From Novosphingobium sp. (lineage in GTDB: Bacteria > Pseudomonadota > Alphaproteobacteria > Sphingomonadales > Sphingomonadaceae): a DNA stretch of 64,000 bases. The stretch's first letter is position 1. Each line of letters opens with the position of its first letter. The stretch covers positions 28,740-92,739 of the forward strand of contig NZ_JAHEBV010000007.1 of assembly GCF_024642085.1 (NCBI RefSeq), read 5' to 3'. The translations under genes were made by a program, and so were the position numbers. Positions 1 through 9,785 of the stretch are shown piece by piece. The notes beneath the pieces were generated by a model, which was not told where the DNA came from, made no database searches, and was given only the letters and a program-made list of their open reading frames with translations.

Positions 1-107
1 TTTCACGTCTTGCTGCTGATCGCGGCGTGGCGTGTTCTGCCGCATCACCGGATAGAAGAATTGACCTCGTGATCGCCTAAACCGATCAGAGACTTCATGC
101 GCGTAAA

Positions 108-135
108 CTTGCGCTTCATCCGTGCGCGCTTACAT
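108..135 (+). promoter_or_regulatory. Putative RpoH (sigma32)-type promoter of ftsH
   Basis: CTTG(108-111)-N17-CTTACAT(129-135), one mismatch to the alphaproteobacterial RpoH consensus CTTG-N17-CYTATNT, 25 nt before the ftsH ATG. ftsH is a typical heat-shock gene. Confidence 0.5.
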
Positions 136-160
136 TGGCGGCACGAAAGGAATTGCGCGC

Positions 161-2101
161 ATGAACGACGAACAACCCAGCGGTAACCCGTGGGTCAAGA
201 ACCTGCTGATCTGGGGCGGGGTGTTCCTTGTCCTGTTATCGGTGGTATCGCTGTTCAACGCGCGCGGGGACACTGCCGCGCAGCAGCTGGGCTATTCCGA
301 TTTCCGCACCAAGGTGAACGAAGGCGCAGTCGCTTCGGTCGAAGTCGGTGAAAACCGCATCACCGGGAAACTGAAGACGGGTGAGACATTCTCTACTGTC
401 GCGCTGCCCAAGGATGAAAGCCTGGTTCCGCTGCTGCAGGACAAGGGCGTCAAATATGATGGCAAGGCGCCCGAACAAGGCAACATCGTCTTTGCGCTGC
501 TGTTCAACATCCTGCCCTTCGTCCTGCTGATCGCTCTGGCGTTTTTCGCCATGCGCCAGTTACAGAAGGGCGGCGGATCAGGCGCGATGGGCTTTGGCAA
601 AAGTAAGGCCAAGATGCTCACCGAAAAGCAGGGCCGCGTGACCTTTGCCGACGTTGCCGGGATCGACGAAGCCCGCGAAGAATTGGAAGAGATCGTCGAC
701 TTCCTCAAGGATCCGCATCGCTTTTCCAAGCTGGGCGGGCAGATTCCCAAGGGCGCGCTGCTGGTCGGATCGCCCGGCACTGGCAAAACCCTGCTGGCCC
801 GCGCCATCGCGGGTGAGGCGGGCGTTCCGTTCTTCACCATTTCTGGCTCGGATTTTGTTGAAATGTTCGTTGGCGTCGGCGCCAGCCGCGTGCGCGACAT
901 GTTCGAACAGGCCAAGAAGAATGCGCCGTGCATTGTCTTCATTGACGAAATTGATGCGGTCGGCCGTCACCGCGGCCACGGGCTGGGCAATTCGAACGAT
1001 GAGCGCGAACAGACGCTGAACCAGCTGCTGGTCGAGATGGACGGGTTTGAGGCTAACGAGGGTATCATCATCATCGCCGCCACCAACCGGCCCGACGTGC
1101 TCGATCCGGCGCTACTGCGACCAGGCCGCTTTGACCGCCAGGTGGTGGTGCCCCTGCCCGATATCGAAGGCCGGGAAAAAATCCTGGAAGTCCACATGAG
1201 AAAGGTGCCGCTCGCCCCCGATGTCGAAGCGCGGACGATTGCGCGCGGCACGCCCGGTTTTTCGGGTGCGGACCTGGCAAACCTGGTCAATGAGGCTGCC
1301 TTGCTGGCCGCCCGCCGCAACAAGCGGTTGGTCGCCCGGCAGGAGTTCGAGGATGCCAAGGACAAGGTAATGATGGGCGCCGAACGCCGCTCTATGGTCA
1401 TGACCGACGAGGAAAAGAAAATGACCGCCTATCACGAGGCCGGTCACGCACTCGTCTCGGTGTTCGAAGCGGCGTCGGACCCGATCCACAAGGCCACGAT
1501 CATCCCGCGCGGCGGCGCGCTGGGCATGGTGGTGCGGCTGCCCGAACGCGACCGGTATTCCTACCACCGCGATCAGATGCACGCACAGCTGGCCGTGGCG
1601 ATGGGCGGACGCGTGGCCGAAGAAATCATCTTTGGTCACGATAAGGTTTCGTCTGGCGCATCGTCCGATATCCAGCAGGCCACTTCGCTGGCCCGCAACA
1701 TGGTCACGCGATGGGGCATGTCAGACAAGCTGGGCCCGCTCCAGTATGAGGAACAATCTGAAGGTTACCTTGGCTATGGTTCAGCGCAGCGCACCATGCA
1801 GTCTGCCGATACCAACAAGCTGATCGATGCCGAAATCCGCGGTCTGGTCGAAGGCGGGCACAAGCGCGCGACTGACATCCTCAAAGGCAACGCCGAAAAG
1901 CTTCACCAGCTGGCCCAGGCCTTGCTCGAATACGAAACGCTGACCGGGGAAGAAATCGACGAGCTGGTCGCAAACGGCAAGATCGACCGGCCTGATGCGC
2001 CAAAGGGCGATGCATTGCGGCCCGTACCTGTGCGCGGATCTGCCATTCCCAAGGCCGGAAAGCGGTTTACCGAAGCGGCGCGATCGGCCCACAACGATTA
2101 G
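161..2101 (+). CDS. ftsH: ATP-dependent zinc metalloprotease FtsH
   Basis: Two TM segments, Walker A GSPGTGKT, Walker [17 protein letters not shown] zinc motif. ATG 161 (after AAAGGA) preferred over the ORF start at 122. Confidence 0.98.
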   Translation: MNDEQPSGNPWVKNLLIWGGVFLVLLSVVSLFNARGDTAAQQLGYSDFRTKVNEGAVASVEVGENRITGKLKTGETFSTVALPKDESLVPLLQDKGVKYDGKAPEQGNIVFALLFNILPFVLLIALAFFAMRQLQKGGGSGAMGFGKSKAKMLTEKQGRVTFADVAGIDEAREELEEIVDFLKDPHRFSKLGGQIPKGALLVGSPGTGKTLLARAIAGEAGVPFFTISGSDFVEMFVGVGASRVRDMFEQAKKNAPCIVFIDEIDAVGRHRGHGLGNSNDEREQTLNQLLVEMDGFEANEGIIIIAATNRPDVLDPALLRPGRFDRQVVVPLPDIEGREKILEVHMRKVPLAPDVEARTIARGTPGFSGADLANLVNEAALLAARRNKRLVARQEFEDAKDKVMMGAERRSMVMTDEEKKMTAYHEAGHALVSVFEAASDPIHKATIIPRGGALGMVVRLPERDRYSYHRDQMHAQLAVAMGGRVAEEIIFGHDKVSSGASSDIQQATSLARNMVTRWGMSDKLGPLQYEEQSEGYLGYGSAQRTMQSADTNKLIDAEIRGLVEGGHKRATDILKGNAEKLHQLAQALLEYETLTGEEIDELVANGKIDRPDAPKGDALRPVPVRGSAIPKAGKRFTEAARSAHND

Positions 2102-2106
2102 GCCGC

Positions 2107-3120
2107 TTACCCGCCTGTTTCAGCCACGATCAGGACAGTAAACAGGATCAGCGCGCTGGCTGCGATGAACAGCAGCGCGCCGGTCCGCCATAGTGCGCCA
2201 AGCCGGCTCAACTGATATGTGCCGCGTAGCTGCCTGTACATGTGAATGGGCGGCACGAGCAGACCGATCCCGGCCAGGAACGATGCGCCGGCCAGGTTTC
2301 CCACGACAATAGCCGTTGTCAGCAGGGTCATGAAGCAAAGCGAATAGGTGACAAATACCGTATGGTCATACAGCCGGAAGCGGCGACTGAACGGGAACAG
2401 CAGCCACACGAACGGCACCGAAATCGGGATCAGCGCCCAGCTGAATTTATAGGCATTTGTCTGCAGCTTGAACAGGCCCAGCCCGGGGTTCGCGCGAAAA
2501 TCCCTGAAGGCCTGTTCGACCGCCGGCAGCTCGCTGTGGATCTTGACATCCTTCGAGTCCGCCGTTGGCTTGCCTGCCAAGGTTGCCTGCACTTCGCGAA
2601 CCGATGCAAGCCCGGCTTCGCGCCCCGAAATCTCGCCATCGATTACGTCGGTCGGCTTGCCCGCCTTGGCCAGGGCATCCCGCTTGATGCGCAATGCCGC
2701 CAGTTCCCTTTCATTGGCCGCAAGGCCTGTCACCGTCTTGCCGTTAACGTCGATCGAGGCGAGATTGTCGAGCGACCCGCCGGCCTGCTTGATCACTGCA
2801 AACATCAGAAACACGCTGAACAGGAACAGCGCGATCGGGCTGATATAGCTGGCGCGGCGTCCGTCGATATATTCGCGGGTCAGCTTGCCCGGCCGCCAAG
2901 CCAGCAGCGGCAGCGTTCGCCAGATCTTGCCTTCGAAATGAAACACCCCGTGCAGCAGATCGTGAAGAAACGCGCCAATCGTCTTGTGAACGTGTGCGGC
3001 CTGGCCGCAGGAGTGGCAATGACTGCCGACCAGTGCGGTCCCGCAATTCAGGCAGGCGCTTTCAGCGGAGTGTCCGTCCGCCGCTTCGCCGTGGGTCGGT
3101 TCGACCGCCCGTGCCGCCAT
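2107..3120 (-). CDS. DUF3667-domain membrane protein
   Basis: N-terminal CLNCG...HCHSCGQ zinc ribbon, then 'FLHDLLHGVFHFEGKIWRTL...PGKLTREYIDGRRASYISP' and several TM helices. Start may be 3198. Confidence 0.75.
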   Translation of the reverse strand: MAARAVEPTHGEAADGHSAESACLNCGTALVGSHCHSCGQAAHVHKTIGAFLHDLLHGVFHFEGKIWRTLPLLAWRPGKLTREYIDGRRASYISPIALFLFSVFLMFAVIKQAGGSLDNLASIDVNGKTVTGLAANERELAALRIKRDALAKAGKPTDVIDGEISGREAGLASVREVQATLAGKPTADSKDVKIHSELPAVEQAFRDFRANPGLGLFKLQTNAYKFSWALIPISVPFVWLLFPFSRRFRLYDHTVFVTYSLCFMTLLTTAIVVGNLAGASFLAGIGLLVPPIHMYRQLRGTYQLSRLGALWRTGALLFIAASALILFTVLIVAETGG

Positions 3121-3255
3121 CGCGCCTTCTGCAATGCCCCCGATGATTTCGCCGCTCCCACTCAAGAAAGATACTCCCCTGTCGATACCGCTGTTCATGG
3201 TCTTGTCAGCTTGCTGCGGTCAAGCCACCGTGAAACATCGGATGGAGAGCGATTG

Positions 3256-3627
3256 ATGAAGCGACTGAGTCTTGCCGTTACGGTTGCACTGACATTCGCG
3301 TCCCCCGCATTGGCCGCCGAACGCACGACAGAAGCGTTCTATGCCGATGCGGCTGCCCTCAAGGCCAAGGGCGCCATGGCCCTGTTTTCGGGCAAGCTGC
3401 GTCCGCTGATGCAAGAGGGTCAAGCCACTGGAGAGGCTTTGCGGCAACAACGGCAAGCGGCGATCAAGCGCGGCGAAAAGCCCACCTACTGCCCGCCCCA
3501 GAATGCCAAAATGGGATCTGAGGAGATGCTAAGCGGATTGGGGGCAATCCCGCAAAATGAACGCAGGGCCCTGCCGCTTAGTGTCGGCATGCTTCGTGTC
3601 CTCCAGGCAAAATGGCCGTGCCGCTGA
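3256..3627 (+). CDS. Secreted hypothetical protein (Rap1a/Tai-like two-Cys pattern)
   Basis: GGAGAG RBS, signal peptide MKRLSLAVTVALTFASPALA, YCPP and C-terminal WPCR cysteines. Confidence 0.7.
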   Translation: MKRLSLAVTVALTFASPALAAERTTEAFYADAAALKAKGAMALFSGKLRPLMQEGQATGEALRQQRQAAIKRGEKPTYCPPQNAKMGSEEMLSGLGAIPQNERRALPLSVGMLRVLQAKWPCR

Positions 3628-3634
3628 AACGGCG

Positions 3635-4384
3635 TCACGGTTCGGCGATACCTAGCGCCGTACGTGTCACGTGAGGCCACCAATCGCTGTACCACAACAG
3701 CATCGCAGCGATCTGTCCTGTAACGAGCAGCAGGATGCCGTTCCGTAAGACCCGGTGCACCATTCCGCGGGTCAACCAGTCGTAACATGCGGCGGCGATC
3801 AGCAGTGCATTCATGCCGCTGTAGAGATGCGCCCAGGAATTGAACGGCCCGGTGCCGGTAAAGGTGTCGATCGCGGATCCCCACCAGCGCTGGTACGGTC
3901 CGCCCATGACCGCGGCCGTGGCGAGGTACATCAGCCGCTTGTGCCTGGGCGAATCGCCGCGATCGCGGATCGCCAGGAACGAGCAAGCAGCAAAGGCAAT
4001 CAGGACATAGAGAGGAAATGTGAAGAACCGGACGTTTTCAGAGTCGGTCTTGGCCCAGAACCGCTGGCTGTAGATTTCTGCCCCCAGCCCCGTTGCGATC
4101 ACCAGCACGGCCAGCAGCGCCCCGCCCATTCCCGCTAGCCGGTGCAGGTCTGGCCGGCCCCGGTTGACCAGGCTGACCTGAAGCGTCAGCAGCAGCAGCC
4201 AGCCGAAATAGACAAAGACATGAACCACCAGGATCGGCGGCGCGGCATAGGGCGCCTGGCCCGCATAGCGCTCGGCAATCGGTTCGCCGAAACCCATCGC
4301 AACAGCCAGCCAAGACGAAGCCACAAACGCCAGCCAGAACGCGCTGTCCCACTGATGTCGCTCTTGAAAACCAGTCTTCTGCAT
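3635..4384 (-). CDS. Multi-pass membrane protein of unknown function
   Basis: About 7 hydrophobic helices with several His residues (VHVFV, LHRLAG, RHKRLM). Start 4384 or 4417. Confidence 0.7.
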   Translation of the reverse strand: MQKTGFQERHQWDSAFWLAFVASSWLAVAMGFGEPIAERYAGQAPYAAPPILVVHVFVYFGWLLLLTLQVSLVNRGRPDLHRLAGMGGALLAVLVIATGLGAEIYSQRFWAKTDSENVRFFTFPLYVLIAFAACSFLAIRDRGDSPRHKRLMYLATAAVMGGPYQRWWGSAIDTFTGTGPFNSWAHLYSGMNALLIAAACYDWLTRGMVHRVLRNGILLLVTGQIAAMLLWYSDWWPHVTRTALGIAEP

Positions 4385-4470
4385 CGCCCCGCCCCCCGGT
4401 TTGAAGCCGGAATGCAAACAGGTTGGCGACGGGCTGTCAAATCAAGGCGGTGCAGCGTTGCAATCTTACG

Positions 4471-4504
4471 AAAAAGCCCGCGCAGCCGGTGGGGCGCGCG
4501 GGCT
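4471..4504 (-). terminator. Intrinsic terminator of rpoZ
   Basis: AGCCCGCGC/GCGCGGGCT stem followed by a U5 tract on the minus strand, 24 nt past the rpoZ stop. Confidence 0.8.
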
Positions 4505-4527
4505 CGAATCGTTCGGATCAGGCCAGT

Positions 4528-4872
4528 TTAGCCTTCGTAATCGCCGCCCAGCGACGTGTTGCGAACCGGAGCCGCAGCTGTGATCCGCAGCGCCTCGGCC
4601 TGCTGGCTGAGCGAACCGATGTCATCGACATCGTCATCATCATCCGGCAGCACGCGCTGAAGCGAATTGACCACCGATTCCTTCAGCGCATCGGGGCGCA
4701 CAGTCTGTTCGGCAATTTCGCGCAAAGCCACGACGGGGTTCTTATCCCGGTCACGGTCGATCGTCAGTTCGGCGCCGCCCGAAATCTCGCGCGCACGTTG
4801 CGCGGCCATCAGGACAAGATCGAACCGGTTGGGGATCTTGTCGACACAATCTTCAACGGTAACGCGCGCCAT
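4528..4872 (-). CDS. rpoZ: RNA polymerase omega subunit
   Basis: [31 protein letters not shown]...[12 protein letters not shown] signature. Confidence 0.98.
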   Translation of the reverse strand: MARVTVEDCVDKIPNRFDLVLMAAQRAREISGGAELTIDRDRDKNPVVALREIAEQTVRPDALKESVVNSLQRVLPDDDDDVDDIGSLSQQAEALRITAAAPVRNTSLGGDYEG

Positions 4873-4912
4873 CGGGCACTCCTAATTCAGCACAAAAATG
4901 CGGGAATGATCG

Positions 4913-4942
4913 CTGTTACGCGTCGGGCGATTCGCAAGTCAA
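4913..4942 (-). promoter_or_regulatory. sigma70-type promoter of rpoZ
   Basis: TTGACT-N18-TAACAG on the minus strand, with GANTC (4929-4933) in the spacer. Confidence 0.55.
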
Positions 4943-4984
4943 GAAAAATTACTATAAGATGTTGTTTTTATTAGGATAATTCTA

Positions 4985-6493
4985 TCACTCATAACTGTGT
5001 CCTGCCAACGAATCATCGGCCAGGTCGCTGAACCGGGTGATGCGCGATTCAAACCGCATGCGGACCTTGCCGGTCGAACCGTGGCGCTGTTTGGCAACGA
5101 TCAGTTCGGCGGTGCCATAAACCCGCTCCATCTCGGCCTGCCAGGCAGTATGGGCCTCATGCGTCTTAATATCGTCATTGTCCTGCGGCACCTTGGGTTC
5201 GCGCGCGGCGACGTAATAGTCTTCGCGGAACACAAACCAGACCATGTCGGCGTCCTGTTCGATCGAGCCGGATTCGCGCAAATCCGACAGCATCGGACGT
5301 TTCTCTTCGCGCTGTTCGACCGCGCGGGACAGCTGCGACAGCGCGATCACCGGCACGCTCAGTTCCTTGGCAAGTGTTTTGAGTCCCCGGCTGATTTCCG
5401 AGATTTCATTGACCCGGTTGTCGTTGGCCCGGCCCGAGCCCTGCAGCAGCTGCAGATAATCGACCACCACCAGCCCGATATCGTGCCGCCTTTTCAACCG
5501 TCGGGCGCGGGTGCGCAGCGCCGCGATGCTCAACGCCGGGGTGTCGTCGATATAAAGTGGCAATTCGGCCAGACGCTGACTGGCATAGGACAGCTGCTGG
5601 AAATCATCCCGGCTGATCTTGCCCATGCGCAGCGCCTCGCTGCTTATCCCTGACTGTTCCGCCAGGATACGCGTGGCCAACTGATCCGCGCTCATTTCAA
5701 GGCTGAAAAATGCCGTCGCCGCTCCGACCGACTTGTCGGCGTCAATACCGTCGGCGAGGTCGCGGCGCAGGCGGTCGGCCGCGTTGAAGGCAATATTGGT
5801 GGCGAGCGAGGTTTTGCCCATGCCGGGACGGCCCGCCAGGATGATCAGATCCGAATCGTGCAAGCCGCCGATTTTCTCATTCACGCTGGTAAGACCGGTT
5901 GTGGTCCCTGAAATGTGCCCGCCCGACAGCAGCGCCTGCTCTATCATGCCCAGCGCCGTTCGGGTGGCGACGGCAAAACCCTGTGCCTCGCTGCCCGTGC
6001 TCGCTCCCTCGGCCACTTTGTACAGCGCCGCTTCGGCAGCGGCGACCTGTTCCATCGGCTCGACGCTTTCCGAGGTGTCGAGCGCGTTGTTGACCAACGT
6101 GCGGCCGACCGCCACCAGTTCGCGCAGCAGAGCCAGGTCATAGATTTGACCTGCCAGTTCGCGCGGCGCCAGCAGGCCCTGTCCATCGGCTGTCAGCCGC
6201 GCCAGATAGGATGCTCCACCAAGATCCTTGAGCGCCTCGTCCGCCTCGAAATACGGTTTCAGCGTAATCGGCGTAACCACCGCCTTGCGGTCGAGCAGCT
6301 GGAGAATGCGCTCGTATATGCGGGCATGGATGGGTTCGAAGAAATGCTGGGGCAAAACCTGGGTCGTCAGCTCCTCGATCACCCGGTTATCGATCAGCAC
6401 CGCGCCCAGGAACGCGGCTTCGGCCTCGACATTGCTGGGAAGGGCGCGCGCGGCAGTTTCGTCGGGGCGGGTGATGAGTTCGAGTTCGGCCAT
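4985..6493 (-). CDS. dnaB: Replicative DNA helicase DnaB
   Basis: LPSNVEAEAAFLG, Walker A GRPGMGKT, FSLEMSADQL, VDYLQL, LRESGSIEQDAD. No intein. Confidence 0.98.
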   Translation of the reverse strand: MAELELITRPDETAARALPSNVEAEAAFLGAVLIDNRVIEELTTQVLPQHFFEPIHARIYERILQLLDRKAVVTPITLKPYFEADEALKDLGGASYLARLTADGQGLLAPRELAGQIYDLALLRELVAVGRTLVNNALDTSESVEPMEQVAAAEAALYKVAEGASTGSEAQGFAVATRTALGMIEQALLSGGHISGTTTGLTSVNEKIGGLHDSDLIILAGRPGMGKTSLATNIAFNAADRLRRDLADGIDADKSVGAATAFFSLEMSADQLATRILAEQSGISSEALRMGKISRDDFQQLSYASQRLAELPLYIDDTPALSIAALRTRARRLKRRHDIGLVVVDYLQLLQGSGRANDNRVNEISEISRGLKTLAKELSVPVIALSQLSRAVEQREEKRPMLSDLRESGSIEQDADMVWFVFREDYYVAAREPKVPQDNDDIKTHEAHTAWQAEMERVYGTAELIVAKQRHGSTGKVRMRFESRITRFSDLADDSLAGHSYE

Positions 6494-6622
6494 GGTTGCG
6501 CGTTCTTTGCGAAGACCGGCCTGCGGGTGCAAGCAGGGATTGATCCCTTATTACTCCACAGCCTGTGGAAGGCCAGCTGCCCCTTGCCCCGCCATTTTGC
6601 ATCTGCGAAAAGCGCGGCGACC

Positions 6623-7105
6623 ATGGCCGACCCAAGGATCATCGACATCGCGCTGGACGAAGCGACGATCCTGTGGCGCAACGCCGATATCGAGCAAGAG
6701 CGGCGCATCGCGATCTTCGATTTGATCGAGGAAAATACCTTCAAGCCGCTTCGCGCCTGGGACGCCGGACACCAGGGCCCATACCGTCTCAAACTGTCAG
6801 TCGACGATGGCCGCCTGATCATGGAAGCAAGCAGCGATGACGGCGCCGTGCTGGAAACGCTGATCCTTGGCCTGGGCCGGTTTCGCCGCCCGATTCGCGA
6901 ATATTTCGCAATCTGTGACAGTTACTACCAGGCTATCCGGCGCGCTACGGCAAGCGAGATTGAAACCATCGACATGGCCCGCCGCGGCGTCCACAACGAA
7001 GCGGCTGAAATGCTGCTGGAGCGGTTGACGGGCAAGGTCGACACCGACTTTGCAACTGCCCGGCGGCTCTTTACCCTGATCTGCGTCCTGCATATCAGGG
7101 GCTGA
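6623..7105 (+). CDS. UPF0262 family protein
   Basis: 'EQERRIAIFDLIEEN', 'YFAICDSYYQAIR', 'IDMARRGVHNEAA', 'ARRLFTLICVLH'. Confidence 0.9.
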   Translation: MADPRIIDIALDEATILWRNADIEQERRIAIFDLIEENTFKPLRAWDAGHQGPYRLKLSVDDGRLIMEASSDDGAVLETLILGLGRFRRPIREYFAICDSYYQAIRRATASEIETIDMARRGVHNEAAEMLLERLTGKVDTDFATARRLFTLICVLHIRG

Positions 7106-7131
7106 CATAACCGGGGCGCACGCGAAAAGTC

Positions 7132-7833
7132 ATGGCTCGAAAATCACCGTCACGCCGGCTGCGGCTGCGTCTCTTGGGCGTCGCGCTGCTGATTGCGCTG
7201 GCGGGCGGCGCGTGGGGCTGGTGGCAGGTCAAGCACTGGCAACCCGACCGCCGGGTATTCCCGATGCAGGGCGCCGAGGTGGGCAGCGCCGACGGGGTGA
7301 TCGACTGGCGGGCTTTAAAGGCGATCGGCGCAGAGTTTGCCTATCTCGACGCATCGGCCAGCGCCTTTGCCCGTGACGACAGTTTTTCGCGCAATCTTGA
7401 GGATGCCAAAGTGGCGAAAATCCAGGTCGGGGCGCTCCACCGCTATGATCCGTGCCAGCCGGCCGAACGGCAAGCTGCCAATTTCGTCACCGTAGTGCCG
7501 CGCGATCCCAAGATGCTGCCCCCGGCAGTCGAGCTTGACATGCTGGGGGACGATTGTCCCGTGCCGGTCAGCGACCAGAGTATCGAAAGCGAGCTGACAA
7601 CGTTCCTCAACCAGATCGAAAACCACACCGGAAAGGCCGCCATCCTGAAGCTGACTCCGCGGTTTCAGTCGCGTTACCGCATAGCCTCGCAGATCGACCG
7701 CAACCTGTGGCTGGTCCGCACGCGCTTTCAGCCGGACTACGCAGGCCGGCCGTGGATGCTGTGGACCGCCAACGGCCAGCTTAGCAATCAGGCAACCAAG
7801 GATGGCCTGCGCTGGGTTGTCGTGCAGCCATGA
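7132..7833 (+). CDS. Membrane-anchored glycoside hydrolase family 25 (lysozyme-like), degenerate catalytic motifs
   Basis: N-terminal TM, 'IDWRALKAIGAEFAY', 'QAANFVTVVPRD', 'LPPAVELD', 'WMLWT'. Confidence 0.8.
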   Translation: MARKSPSRRLRLRLLGVALLIALAGGAWGWWQVKHWQPDRRVFPMQGAEVGSADGVIDWRALKAIGAEFAYLDASASAFARDDSFSRNLEDAKVAKIQVGALHRYDPCQPAERQAANFVTVVPRDPKMLPPAVELDMLGDDCPVPVSDQSIESELTTFLNQIENHTGKAAILKLTPRFQSRYRIASQIDRNLWLVRTRFQPDYAGRPWMLWTANGQLSNQATKDGLRWVVVQP

Positions 7834-7846
7834 AAGACAACAGGCC

Positions 7847-8266
7847 ATGATTGACCGCGACACTCTTATCGCTGCAGCGAAGGAGGCAGTGTCCCGCGCA
7901 TATGCCCCTTATAGCCGCTTTCAGGTCGGCGCTGCGTTGGGTTTCGCCGACGGCAACATTGTTACCGGCGCGAATGTCGAGAATGCCAGTTACGGGCTTG
8001 CCCTGTGCGCGGAGACAGCGGCAGTGGCGCGCGCCATGAACGACGGGAAGCGCAGTGATCTGGTTGCTATCGCGGTTACGGGAGGGATCGAAGGGGTTCT
8101 TGGGGATCCGGTAACCCCGTGCGGGCGCTGCCGGCAAGTACTGAGCGAATTGGCGCAGCTGGGCCAGACTGATCCGTTAGTGTGGTGTGTTGGATCGCAC
8201 TCAATATCCGAACATAGGCTGTCCGACCTTCTGCCGCACGCCTTTGGCCCTGCCAGCTTGGGTTGA
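7847..8266 (+). CDS. cdd: Cytidine deaminase (tetrameric type)
   Basis: AYAPYSRFQVGAA, NVENASYGLALCAE, PCGRCRQ. Confidence 0.95.
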   Translation: MIDRDTLIAAAKEAVSRAYAPYSRFQVGAALGFADGNIVTGANVENASYGLALCAETAAVARAMNDGKRSDLVAIAVTGGIEGVLGDPVTPCGRCRQVLSELAQLGQTDPLVWCVGSHSISEHRLSDLLPHAFGPASLG

Positions 8267-8306
8267 AAAAGACCGGGCGGCCGGTTTGAATACCACCAGC
8301 CGCCCG
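8266..8306. terminator. Hairpin between convergent cdd and the small-protein gene
   Basis: CGGGCGGC/GCCGCCCG stem with an A5 tract on the left (U-tract for the minus-strand gene). Confidence 0.55.
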
Positions 8307-8315
8307 ATACGTGCC

Positions 8316-8555
8316 TTACTTGGTAGCGTTGTCGGCTGCCTGCTTGGCGGCATCGCCAACGTCCTGCGCGGCAGCACCAACATCCTTCGCGGCATCGGCA
8401 ATCGCGTTGTTCTTGGCCGCGTTGCTGTTCGACTGGTTCATGAAGAACACCACCCCGACGATCAGCGCGATGATCAGCACGATACCGATCAGCCACGATC
8501 CGCCGCCGCTGCGGCCTTCTTCCTTGATGATTGTTACATTGGGTTCATCAGACAT
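8316..8555 (-). CDS. Small single-TM protein with Ala-rich repeat tail (general-stress-type)
   Basis: AGGAGG RBS, 79 aa, TM 'WLIGIVLIIALIVGVVFFM', tail DAAKDVGAAAQDVGDAAKQAAD. Confidence 0.8.
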   Translation of the reverse strand: MSDEPNVTIIKEEGRSGGGSWLIGIVLIIALIVGVVFFMNQSNSNAAKNNAIADAAKDVGAAAQDVGDAAKQAADNATK

Positions 8556-8583
8556 AGTCACCTCCTGCTTTAACAGGGGCAAA

Positions 8584-8608
8584 AACGGACCATGGCGGCA
8601 AATGTTCC
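8584..8608 (-). promoter_or_regulatory. EcfG (sigmaT/RpoE2) general-stress promoter
   Basis: Exact GGAAC-N16-CGTT on the minus strand, 28 nt upstream of the ATG at 8555. Confidence 0.75.
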
Positions 8609-8636
8609 CGCAAATGCACACCAGTGCACGCAGCGG

Positions 8637-9785
8637 TCAGGCGGCTTGGCGCCCTTCCAGCCATTCGAGCAGCGCCCCCAGGCACTCGCGGCCAAGTTGG
8701 GCGGATCGTTCAGGTGACCAGTTCTGCACCAGACACGGCAGGTCGTCGTTGTCCTTGAACGGCATTTCGAGCGTCATGCTGACCGCACCGAACCGCTCGG
8801 CCAGCTGGTTGGTCGACATGGTCAGGTTGGCCTTGCCCGCGCGCGCCGCCGGGTAGCCCAGCCTGGTCTGGAAATCGGGCGTGCGCCGCGCCAGAATCCT
8901 TTTATAACCATCAAACCCGGCCTGCTGCGCCTCGTTCCATGACGGAATCCCTTCAAATCCCGCCAGAAACACTGCCGGGATCGCCTCATCACCATGCACG
9001 TCCATAGCGAAATGCACCCCGGTTTCGTCCATCGCATTGCGGATTGCCAGAACTTCGGGAGAACGTTCCGCAGAAGGGTGGGCCCATTCGCGGTTGAGGT
9101 TCACCCCGGCAAAATTGGTGCGCAGATGACCGCGGCACGACCCGTCGGGATTGGCGTTGGGCACTACATGGAACCGGCACAGCTGGCGCAGCCGCCGCGC
9201 GACCGGATCGGCGGGGTCAGTCAGGCAATCCAGCGCGCCTTCCATCCACCATTCGGCCATCGATTCGCCTGGATGCTGACGGGCATAGAGCCACACCTGC
9301 GTCTCACCTTCGCCCATTTCAAGGCAATCGATCGGCTGTCCTTCAAGGCTGTGTCCAAGACATCGATAGTTCACACCCTGAGAGCCCGCCGCCTGCGCGA
9401 CCAGATCGTGGTGGCGTTCCATCGAATAGGGCGCAAAGTATGCAAACCAGCAAAGGTCGCTTTCGGGGGTATAAGTGATGGTCAATGAGCCATCCGCCGC
9501 TCCCTTGTCGAAACTGCACTCCGCGCGGGCCCAGAACTGGCGGTCTTCGCTGACCGCAGCGCGGTATGCCGGCCAGCCATCGGGATATGCCGAAGCATTG
9601 AGCCCGGTAATCTTCAACGTCAGCGTCTGCCCCGCCGCCCCGGCTGCGCGGAAATGGAACCACTGGAAAAAATCGGATTCGCGATCCTTACGTATCCTGA
9701 GCTGCGCGGTGGTTCCGGAAATGGACAGGACTTCGATGTTGCCGCTATCAAACGCGGCATCGATGCAAAGGGTGGATGCGGTCAT
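8637..9785 (-). CDS. M14 zinc carboxypeptidase (cytosolic CCP/Nna1-like)
   Basis: AAFDSGNI N-domain, YFAPYS, ARQHPGE (HxxE), NPDG, NLNREW, DVHG. Confidence 0.9.
   Translation of the reverse strand: MTASTLCIDAAFDSGNIEVLSISGTTAQLRIRKDRESDFFQWFHFRAAGAAGQTLTLKITGLNASAYPDGWPAYRAAVSEDRQFWARAECSFDKGAADGSLTITYTPESDLCWFAYFAPYSMERHHDLVAQAAGSQGVNYRCLGHSLEGQPIDCLEMGEGETQVWLYARQHPGESMAEWWMEGALDCLTDPADPVARRLRQLCRFHVVPNANPDGSCRGHLRTNFAGVNLNREWAHPSAERSPEVLAIRNAMDETGVHFAMDVHGDEAIPAVFLAGFEGIPSWNEAQQAGFDGYKRILARRTPDFQTRLGYPAARAGKANLTMSTNQLAERFGAVSMTLEMPFKDNDDLPCLVQNWSPERSAQLGRECLGALLEWLEGRQAA

Noticed and set aside
1-120. 3' end of tilS upstream of ftsH
   Set aside because: None of the three short frames gives a recognisable TilS C-terminus; the fragment is too short to call.
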